NCBI GenBank assembly: GCA_963693365.1
Contig: CAVNZM010000017.1
Location: 3,639,375 to 3,703,374 of the forward strand
Direction: 5' to 3'
Length of the DNA stretch: 64,000 nt
Source: Amoebidium appalachense
Lineage: Eukaryota > Protista > Ichthyosporea
The notes beneath the pieces were generated by a model. That model was not told the origin of the DNA. It did not search any database and was given only the letters and a program-made list of their open reading frames with translations. Numbering within the stretch: the stretch's first letter is position 1; each line of letters starts with the position of its first letter. This document shows, in pieces, positions 53,749-64,000 of this stretch. Made by a program: the position numbers and the translations under genes.

Positions 53749-54988
53749 GTTTCCTTTAATATGTGCAATCGCCCCCCGTGACCTTCTGCAATGGGTAAGC
53801 AGGCTGCTTGGCCGCAAAGTTGGCGTGTGGCCTACTCGGGGTACAGGGCAGCAACCACGGTGGCTGCCACACTGGGCTTGCACCAAAGCACCGGGTATGG
53901 TTGTGAGACGAGGTTGCTTGGCTGGCGCCAGAGAGAGAGTCTACGCACAAGGCCTAGGGGTGCAGTCCACAGTGTACTGCACAGCAAGGCGTTAGCAGTT
54001 GGCGCTATTATCTTCACCTGTCCTCTTCACGGACAATCATGTTCGAGAATGATTCCTGCTGATGTTCGAGGCTGTCCGAAGAGAGCTCGCAAGGCAGCCT
54101 CACAAACTGTTTCACACGCACCAAGAAATCCAAGAAACGTGATGCACATACAGCCAATCACATCGTGGCAAAGTGAGCCACATAAGGGTTGGAACACACC
54201 GGCAATGACAGGCTGCATCCACGGCCCTCTGAAAAAAAGAGGGCCGTGTTGCATCTCCAACAATGTTTGTAAACAAATCTTGTTAGAAGCCTTTTGTGCG
54301 CTATGTGTGTGTCTGTGTTGGTTGTGGTGAGTATTTGGGTGTGCGTCGGTGTTGATGTAGGTGTCTTTTTTTTTATTTAAAAAAACATTTTTTTGTCGGG
54401 GGGGGGGGGGGGGGGGGGGGAGGAGGGGGGGGGAGGGGGGGCCACTTGAGAATTATTGTACACCCCGTTTTCTTTATCAGGACTCCCGAGGTTTAGTGCT
54501 TGCAGAACCGGAACTGAGACATAGACCATAACTACAGTAGCGGAAGTAGCTGACGATGGTGGTGGGCTGATGATGGTGGTGGGCCTGTTCTGATTTCGTC
54601 AGCATCATAACGTCTAGTTTGTTTGTTGCTCACGAGGGGTGTGCCTGTGCTTAGAGAGAACTGCCTTATTGTCACTCCATCAGGTCTGCGGAAAAGTGAA
54701 GTCGTACCAGTCTGGCCACCTATCAGCCAGATCTCCTCTGTGGTAAAACACACACAGCCACACTGCCCAATAGGGTTATATTTATTACTTACTCCCGCGC
54801 CTCGACCACCCTCCTACCGTTCACCGGCGACAAGTGGCCCCTTGCCACGCTGTCGGCAGCAACACCAGCTGACAGTCGAGTATTTCGCTGCGCAGCTACG
54901 GTACCTGCACGCCTGACCCAGACCAAAACAGTCAAGGCAAAGGGCGTGGCAGTGCAGCTGGCCCAGGGAGGCCCAGGCAGGGGCCACC

Positions 54989-55503
54989 ATGTACGTGCTG
55001 GGGGGCCTAGTCGCCACGGACAGCGTTCTGCTGCTGCTGCCGTGTCTGGCCCTGGCCTGTCACCCACACGGCAGCCCTGCAGGTGGGCACCTGTTAGGGG
55101 TGAGTGGGATGAAGAAGGGGTCCGTGCTAACTGTGCACGTGCAGTGGCAGTGACTGCACTGCCTGCTCTGGCACTCGAGTGGGCCCACCAAAGTCCCGCA
55201 CGAAGGTGAGCTTTGGCAGCAGAAATTGGCGTGGGTGGGTGGGTGGGTGTGTAAGTGGTTGGGGGGTGGGGGGGTGGGGGGGTGGGGGGAATAACACATT
55301 TCATTTCAGGAAACAACATGCACGGGCAGGTACGGCCACTCCCGGCTATGTGCTGGGCGTGGTGTTGGTGCCCCTATGCATGCACGCCCTGGCCCTGACA
55401 GCAGAGGGTGCTGCACCAGACAGCATGCAGGGTAGGTAGACCCACCCCCTGTGTGAACCCCCCATCTCAGAGAGACACGCGCGTGCGCGCGCGTACACAC
55501 ACG

Positions 55504-55561
<58 letters not shown>

Positions 55562-56156
55562 ACACACACACCAAACCGATTTACCCCCCCCCAGCCCAGC
55601 TGCTGCAGGTCTATAGCCGGGTGGCGCTGTGTCTGGCCCTGCAGAGTCTTTTGTGGGAGCTGGGCCACCGCCCTGCTGCCGTGGCTGTTGGCTTGGCCAG
55701 TGTTGTGGTCCTTCCATGGGCAGGTGGGTCATCATCAAAAAAAAAAAGGGGGCGGGGAGGGGGGGGGGGGGGGGGGGGGAGGCATCATTAATGGTGACAC
55801 GGACGTGCAGGTTCAGGGCTAGGGGGTACTACAGTGCTGGGGGCCAGCGTGTGGCTGTGGGTTCTGCAGCACGTGCTTGGGGGGGTGCTTGGGGGCTGCT
55901 TCACTTCTGGGGAGGGCATGGTGCTGGCCCAGCTGCTGGCCCTGGCGGCAGGGGATGCCCTCGTGGCCACGGCAGGCCGGCTGGGGGTCTGGCTGGGGGG
56001 CATTGGCCAAGCCGGCAGCTGGGCTCTGTGGCTGCGGCCCCCCGGCTACTGCTGCAGCCTGGCTGCCATACTGGGCGTGCTAGCTGCTGGCGTGGTGCTG
56101 CAGCCCCTGCTGCTGGCCCTCTCCTATAAGGGCCCACACCACAAGGTGCCTCCCCG

Positions 56157-56209
<53 letters not shown>

Positions 56210-56884
56210 GGGGGGGAAGGGGTGGTTGCTGACATTTTGGCAGGCACTGAGCCACTGCTTCACGCTGTGCCTGCTGCTGCTGGCTGGGGGCCTGCTGCTG
56301 CCGTGGGCCTGGGGCGTGGGGGGCATGCAGCCTGTGGTGTGGCTGGTGGCCTATGTGGCTGCAGACAGCACCAGGCCACTGCTGCTGGCCTATTGGGGCC
56401 TGGCTGTGGGTGCCGCCGTGGCTGCAGCTGCTTTGGATCTGGGCGGTCTGTCAAAGGTGGGGGGTTGAGGGAGGGAGGGAGGGGGGGAGGGGGGCGGGAG
56501 GGAACTGACAGGGGGGGAGTGCAGGTGCGGCAGACTGTGCGGCGCAAGTACTACCACGTGCTTGCCGTGCTGCTGTTTGGGCCGGCCATAGCCCTGGACC
56601 TGCAGTTCATGGCCCTGGCCTTTGCCGGCGCCCTGGCCCTGTTTGTGGCGGCTGAGTACTACTGTGCCATGGACGTGGCCCCACTGGGCCTAGCGCTCAG
56701 GGTACGTGCCTGGCATGCAGGAGGGGTGCTGGGTGCTGGGTGCTGGGGCTGAGGGGTGGTGCAGGGGTTCATGGCACAGTATGTGGACCACAGGGACACG
56801 GGGCCAATCGTCATGGCCCACAGCTATCTGCTGCTGGGCTGTGCCCTGCCCGTCTGGCTGCACGTACTGCTGCCACGTGCGTGC

Positions 56885-56920
<36 letters not shown>

Positions 56921-57657
56921 CCCGCCCGGAGCAACACTCGATTCTCCCCTGCAGAAGGAACAGGCGAGGAGTGGCACACTACAATACCGGGATATTCCGG
57001 ATATATGCCGGAAACAGCCCACAGTTCTTAAATTCCATTTGCGAATTACGACATGGCATTTTTGGGTGATGCCTCACATATCTGCATCTCCTGAAGTTCC
57101 ACTTGCCAAGCATTTAAAGGGGGTTTCTTTTAGGCCGATTAATTGTCCCCATTTCAGCACATCCGGGTCAAGCCATGTACTTAGCATATAAATCTCAATA
57201 TGAACATGCAATCTTCTTCCAAACGCTTTATTATTATTCTTCCCTTCTTTATTTCTTTTTTTCCTCTTTTCTTTTTCTTTTTTGTAATATTAAATCGCCT
57301 CTGTAACTTGCTGGCGGCAAGACGATGGTGCGCAGCTGATGCGCACGCCAATCATATAGCTAGAATCACCTCTGACCCGACCTGGCCCGAAAAGCTAAAA
57401 GAAACCCCGTTTAATTGTACGATCAAATCTGCAATGATTCATGAAGTAACTGTGGTTCTTTGCTGCTTATATGATCCAGCCATATATTTACCCCCCCTCC
57501 CCTCCCCGCAGGACTGGAGCAGGCCACGGCGTGCCAGCGGGTGGCACCATATGCCGGGCTGGTGGCCCTGGGCATAGGCGACACCTTTGCATCAGTAGTG
57601 GGCTCACGCTACGGCCGCCGTAGATGGCACAGCGCCACATCGTACGTGTGGCCTGGC

Positions 57658-57689
<32 letters not shown>

Positions 57690-58061
57690 GGGGGGGGAGG
57701 GGGGGGGGGAGGAGGAGGGGAGGGGGCTGACTGGGTGGCTGCAGCAAGACAATCGAGGGCACGTTGGCGGCTGCTGGGTCCCAGCTGGCATTGGGCCTGC
57801 TGCTGCTGGCCACCACAAGCACAGGCCCAGTGCACTGGCACACCCTGCTGAGGTGTGTGTGCATGCTGGCCCACATACCCGCACCCCCCGGCCCTGAAGA
57901 ACTTATTGATGACATGGGGCAGGGAGGGCGGGATGCTGGGCATTGCGGTGCTGCACGGCAGCATGGTGGAGGCCTGCACGGACCACAACGACAACCTGGT
58001 CCTGCCTATGACCACACAGGCAATGTGCCTGCTGCTGGCCAGGTGGGACCCGAGGCCTTAG
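54989..58061 (+). CDS. DOLK: Dolichol kinase (CTP-dependent), multi-exon
   Basis: VRRKYYHVLAV; YVDHRDTGPIVMAHSYLLLGCALPVW; GLVALGIGDTFASVVG..GRRRW; KTIEGT; EACTDHNDNLVLP. The start (GCCACCATG) is tentative. Confidence 0.92.
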
Positions 58062-58404
58062 GCTACGCGGCACAGGTGGTCTGGCCAGCAAGAGGGGTGG
58101 CGTGTACAGTGATGTGTACAGTAGAAGTGTGTGTATAGTTGTGATATGCCGTGTACATACGTAGCCCACAGGGGCATCCACATGTATTCCAGACTGCAAT
58201 AAAACCAGCTGATGGAAATCTCTACGTAGGCCATTGTAGTGAAGGGGACGGGTGAAACCGGGCTCCCAGGGGAAGGGGGGGGGGGGGGGGGGGGGGGGGG
58301 GATGCTGATGGTACGTGGCACATTGGGATGCAATGGTGGTCATTCATTCATGCCGGGTGGGGTGGCAGCCAGCCCGTGGCGCACCCCCATTCGTGCCGTG
58401 CCTC

Positions 58405-60624
58405 TCACTGGGTTGCCCCCTCCTCCCCCTTGCCTGCCCTCTCTCGCTTGCCCTTGGGCCCCTGCCGCCCACGTTTGCCTGTGCCTGCAACGTTGAGTCA
58501 GCACGCAGGCACACACACATATGCCGGGCAAATGTGTGTGAAGGCATGTGCACGCAAATAGGTACCACGATAATCAATGTGTGGGTAGTGTACAGGCAAA
58601 AACTCCTTCATCTGTGCCAGCTCCACGCATGCTGCACCATATCGTTCACACACCTAACCTCCTTTACCCACTCTTGTGTCCTACACGACAGTGACCCCAT
58701 AGGCCTCACACATTATGCCGTGGTTGTGTTGCCGTGTCTGTTACCTTCCCCTTAGCCTTTGGCCACCATGACCCCATATATACACACTTGCGCTGCACAC
58801 ACGTCTTTCCAACTCACTATACCCGACAGCACCCTTCACCGTCATTGACTTCCTTATCAACAGGCTGGCTTTATCCTCGCTGCCATTTGCTTTTTGCTGC
58901 TTCCCCATCTCCCCCCCCCCCCCCTCCCCCCTCCCCAATCCCCCCATCCCCCCCCCCCCCCCCCCCCCCCCCAACACACCCGAGAAGAGAAAGAAACAGG
59001 TAGTAAATCACACCCGAGAAGAAAAAGAAACAGGTAGTACATCAGGGATGAGTCGGGTCGGTCGTCCCGACCCGGGACCGACCGGTCGTCGGGTCGGACG
59101 GTCGACCCAACCTTGGCCAAATATTCTATGACCGACCGTTCCCGACCCGACCAGATTCGTGACCGACCCGACCCGACCCGTAAAGCTTTTGACTCATCCC
59201 TGTAGTACATGCAGAGGCCGCACACACACAGCCACCCTCTAGGCCCACATACCTTGTGCCTTTTGCCTGTCTGTGTCTGCTACGGGGGGCAGGGCACATG
59301 CAGCCGAGGCCAGCCAGGCCGGGGCTGCATCCACAGCCTCCTGGTCCGGTGCCAGCACGATGCTGACCAGCGGAACATGCCGCTCCACCTTCAGCCTGCT
59401 CAACCTCTCAGTCCCCTTTGCTGCACTCCCCAAGCCCCTTGCCCCTTGCCTCTCCCCTCTCCCCGCCCCCCCCCTCCCCCCCCCCTCCCCCCCCCCCCCC
59501 CCCCCCCCCCAAAAAAAGAAAAGAAAAAGAAAAGAAAAAGATAAAAGAAAGCCCAACCCACAACCCTCAAACAGGCACTCATGTTCCAGACATAGCCACG
59601 AAACAAGCACATCCAGTCCCCACCTTCTGGCCAGCAGACTACCCCCCGGTCTTCATTCCCCTGCCTCTCACCACCAGCAATACAACCATTCAACGAAACC
59701 TCCAGAATGCCAACCCCCCCCCCCCCCCCCCTCCCCCCCCCCCCCCCTCACCATCACCACCACCACCACCATCACACGGCCATGCCGATGCCCAAGCCCA
59801 TGCCCACGCACGAGCACGTGCACAAGCAAGCACGCGCACACACGTACGTGTCAAGGCCGTCCATCTTGGGCACAAACAGGTCGCTAGTGGTCTGGTAGGC
59901 TATGCTGGTGCGCTGGGCCAGGCCCGGCCGTTTGCGTTTGATTATTTCGGCCACAGTCACGGTCTTGCCCACCTGCTTGCCTGCCCCCCACACCACAAGC
60001 GCCTGTCCCCCCGATTCCTGCAGGCCCCCGTCAGCCCACCCCTCTGTGCACAGCACACGCAGTGAAACATGTCCTGCCTGAGAGGGCCAGGCACAGACCA
60101 CTCTGCAGCCCAAGCTACCCTGGACCTTGCAAGCTACTTGCGCATGATGCCCTTCGGAATCACTCAAGCACCGCAGATGCTAACGAGCACACTGAAACAT
60201 GTACACGACACACGAGCGCCCAAAAGCCAGCAAACACATGCACACATTCGTGCACTCACAAAAACAAACCAACACGCACACAGAGAAAGCAGCAGCCAGG
60301 TAAACACAGGCAGGCACGCATCAACGCACACACACACACACACACACACGAAACAGCCAGTGCAAGCAACACACGCACACGTACTGCACACGACACTCAA
60401 CCGTTAACACGCACGAATGCATGCATCACGCCAGCATGCACACACAAACGTCAACCCCACGCACGCAAGCACACAGGAACGAGGCACACACACGCACGCA
60501 CCTCCAGCCAGCGCAGACCATAAGCTACAAGGGTGCGTATGACTCCATGCTGCGTCACGCGCAGCTCCCCGTCCTTGCGCGGAGGGTCGGGGGGCTCCCC
60601 CGGCACCTTGTCGTAGTGCTCCAT
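58405..60624 (-). CDS. Alba-family protein (Rpp25-like), multi-exon
   Basis: MEHYDKV..ELRVTQHGVIRTLVAYG; GAGKQVGKTVTVAEIIKRK..LAQRTSI; LKVERHVPLVSIVL. The basic last exon is tentative. Confidence 0.82.
59043..59202. mobile_element. hAT-family MITE (160 bp)
   Basis: 12-bp perfect TIR CAGGGATGAGTC. 8-bp TSD TAGTACAT at 59035-59042 and 59203-59210. Internal GGTCGG/CCGACC repeats. Confidence 0.93.
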
Positions 60625-61793
60625 CCCTGCGCGTGCGTGTGCGCGTACAGCGTGTGCATGTGCGCGTATAGCGCTGCTTTGAGAAGTAACCGCGCGCCAC
60701 ACTTGGGGGTGAGTCGTAGCTTGTGTGGCACCTGCAAGACTAGGCCCCTGCACTGTCGGCTGGCTCCGGGAAGATGGCGGTAGCCGGCACGTACACCCGA
60801 GGTTTCCGCGATTACCGTGGAAAAAGCTGCCTAGCGGGGTGCCTTCGTTATGAAAAGAGGCTATTATTCCACCATAGCCTACACACAAGCAATATAGCAG
60901 TGAAGTGTAACCTTTACGTAAACTTGCGTATACTCGGCCTAGGCTGTAAATACTTTCTTTCTCTAGCTGGCACGTCTTGGCTTTGGCCTCTATAGCCGAC
61001 CAACGTACGTACGAACGAGTTCACTGTGGTAGCCAGTGGGTGCTCGGTGACGCCTCAACTACATAGAAGATTTAGAACTTTTAAATATATAAGCCACCTT
61101 AAGTTAGGTTCTTGCCGTTGCCTTTTTGTGCCTGCCATACAACACACAACCCACTAGCAGTGTGTGCACACCACACAGCACCCCTGGGCCAGAGCTTAGA
61201 AGGTGTTGGTGAGGCAGGGAGGGCCTCTGGGCAGCAACCAAGATGCCGCTGACCGACTCAGGTGCGTGCCTGTGGCCCTGGGGTACGGGGTATTTAGTTA
61301 AGGTCTTGCGCTTTGTGTGCAAGCACCCTGTAAACATCTAGTTTCGTGCTTGGCTGAATGAGCTTACAAACTGAGGGCATGCCTCCGACCGTAGGTGTAA
61401 ATTGTGTCATATTTGCAGCACTTGTGTTTTTGCTGGTGTACACCCGCACCTGTGTTGCGTGTGTGTTTACGTGTGTGTTTCTTGTTAATTGTTTCTGCGG
61501 TTGTGCTGTGTGCTTGTGCCCAAGCATCATCGTGCAAGGATAAGTCAAAACCTCGAACGGCGGCATCCAGATCTTTCCTTTTGTTTTCGCTCATGGATCC
61601 TTTTCTGGGCAAAGTGAGGCGACTCTGTATTGACACTTGTGCAGTGGCGTGCTCGTGTACTCCTTGATGTGGCTTTGTATCCTCTCTGTTATCTCCCCTT
61701 GTATGTGTACCTGTGCCTGTATTCAACGCCTCGACACCTTGGTAGCACTGGGCCAAGGACACTTCCCACAACACTTAAATTGAACGGGAAGCC

Positions 61794-63658
61794 ATGGGAA
61801 TGGGTATGTTGAACATCGACTATTTTGTTTTTCGGAGGGGTGCTGACTTGCAGCCACAGAGGGTGCGCCAGTATTGCGGTTAGTGCTGGGGGCTGTGGTG
61901 GTGGCCTCAGCCTTTGGGCTCTACACTAAGACCCGCCTGGGCCTGGATGCGGACGTGCTGGCTGGCAGGAGGGTGCGTGCTTGCCTTGGTCGACAGGGTG
62001 TGAGGGTTTTGGTTGTTTGGGGCAGGGGGGGAGAGGGGAGGGTTGGAAGGGTGCATGTGTACTGGCAGGCAGGCGGGTGGGTGCTTGCCCTTGTTGCAAA
62101 GGTGCAAGTTTTGGGTTGTTTGAGAGGGGGAGGGACGGTCGAACGGGGGGGAGGGGGGGACTACGGTAGGCGGGCCAAGGGTTGCAAATGTACTGCACAT
62201 AATTCTCTGTTTCTCTGTCTGAGTTTTGTGTTCAGTGTGGGTGCTGACGGGGGCACAGGCATGGCGGCTGCTGGTGGCCGGATTCGGGTTCCAGGAGCGT
62301 CTCTACAGCCTCCTGCTGGGGGCCAGTGTGCTGCAGAGCACTAAGGTGCTGGAGAGGACGTGGGGGTCCAGAAAATATGCCGTGAGTATATGGTCAACGG
62401 GGGGGGGGGGGGTTGTGTGCTGACGATGGCTGCAGGTGTGGGTGGTGGTTGTGACGCTGCTGGCCACACTGCTGCAGCTGCTGCTGCTGGCCTGGGGGGG
62501 GACTAATGGCACGTGGAGATATGCTGCCAGTGGCCCGTGAGTGCTCGTGCATGGCCCCGTACCTACTACATACCCTAATATTAGCATGCACATGACGGCC
62601 CTGAGCTGCACACAGAGACCTGCACCTGTGCCCTGCAGGCGTCTTTGGTCCTCTGTGCTGCATATACACACACGTTAGAGTGCCACCATGCACGTGCACC
62701 CAGGCTATGCATGCTGACGCTGCAGCAGGTATGCGCTGGTGTTTGGTGGTCTGGCCAGCATGCTGCTGGAGCTGCCCCTCAGCTCCTCCCGCCTGGTCCT
62801 GGGCTTCATGAGCCTCTCGGTCCGTACACCCTTTCCCCCCTCCTCCTCCCCCCCCCCCCCCCCCTCCCCCCCCCCCCCCTTTCCCCCTTTCTGCCCTACT
62901 GACATCATGCACAGCTAGTGTTGGAGGATCCCCCAGCGACCAGCCTAGCTGCAGGCTGTGGGCTCCTGGCCGGCTGTCTGTGGCGCATACCGTTCCTGCC
63001 CTTCCGCCACCTGGCCCTGCCCCCAGCAATGGCTAGTGTTCTGGGGGCTGGGCCTACCGTGCACACACAGCGCCTGGCGGGGCCGGTACGTGCCCCGATA
63101 CATACGGGGGAAAGGAGGGGGGGGGGATGAGATGATGGCTAACGGCTGAGGGCCAATAGGTGGTGAGGGGCAGTTTGGGCCCACCAAGTGCTGCGGCAAT
63201 ACGTGCAGGCAGCCACCATGCAAGGCCCAGGCAAGGTGGGTGGACTTTGGGGGGGGGGGGGGTTGAATGTGCCGTGTAGTACGAAGCACCGTGTATGACG
63301 GACAACACAGTGCAGAGTAGAATTGAGTGCATGGACACGAAGTGTGTGCACAAGGGAGGGTTTTATGTGTGCTGCGATATGGGGTGGCTGTGTGTGTGCC
63401 TTTACAGGCGAGGACAGGGGGATGTACACGTGTGTTGTTTCCTTTGCCTGCCATATGGTTTGTTGGGTTATCTTGGGTGCTGATGCCTTGCACGGTGCAG
63501 CGCCCACATTGGAGGCACCCGCAGACACGTTCCGGGCCGACCCTGAGGCCGTGGCATCCCTGATGGCTCTGGGCTTCCCTGAGGCTGCCGTGGTGGCGGC
63601 CCTGCGCAGGACAAACAACAACACACAGCTGGCTAGCAACCTGCTGCTGGACTCGTAG
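61794..63658 (+). CDS. UBAC2/Dsc2-like rhomboid-pseudoprotease + C-terminal UBA protein, multi-exon
   Basis: GAPVLR..; QAWRLL; KVLERTWGSRKYA; ASGP; GLLAG. UBA domain PEAVASLMALGFPEAAVVAALRRTNNNTQLASNLLL. Confidence 0.82.
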
Positions 63659-64000
63659 GATGCACAGGGCATAGGGTGGTGGGGTGTGGGGTGCTTGCAT
63701 GCGGGCAGGCAGTAGGCACACACGTGTCTGGGTGGTGGCGTCTTGCACATGCACGGATAGTGGGCCAAGCAGTGTTGAATGAATGGGACATGGTAGGGCC
63801 AGGACCAGATTAGTGGGCCCAGTGTGTTGAATGACGTGATTGTTTATTTATAGTGTTATATAAAGAGACCAGCTAATAGACTATGCTCCTTCGGCCCTTC
63901 ACGGTGCCGGGGTCATGCCCCATACATGCGACATATCATACGTGCATTTCACATGGTGTCAAGCCTTCGTGCATCCCCATCCCACCCGTGCATGCCCCGT

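Overview
Eukaryotic nuclear DNA with GC-rich, intron-dense genes and many (CA)n, (CT)n and poly-G/poly-C tracts. A unicellular holozoan such as an ichthyosporean is a guess only. About ten spliced genes can be read: a C2H2 zinc-finger protein, a TMX-like thioredoxin, WDR81, a secreted PKD/Ig-like protein, a CARM1-like PRMT, a Vps62/DUF946 protein, a TMEM229-like protein, dolichol kinase, Alba/Rpp25 and a UBAC2/Dsc2-like protein. They are interleaved with mobile elements. The most striking part is an APE-RT LINE family and a ~1 kb non-autonomous partner ('element B', three copies). Element B has tandem ~100-bp TATA-containing 5' monomers, a possibly decayed endonuclease body and a LINE-like 3' tail, and two copies sit at LINE tails, forming stacks with serial TSDs. 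Also present are a tRNA-derived SINE, an internally deleted PAT-type DIRS element with an adenine-methyltransferase domain and split direct repeats, an Ac/Ds-like hAT MITE and a probable solo LTR. Two convergent gene pairs have abutting or overlapping stop codons. All calls were made by eye; exon boundaries are approximate and homopolymer lengths may contain sequencing errors.
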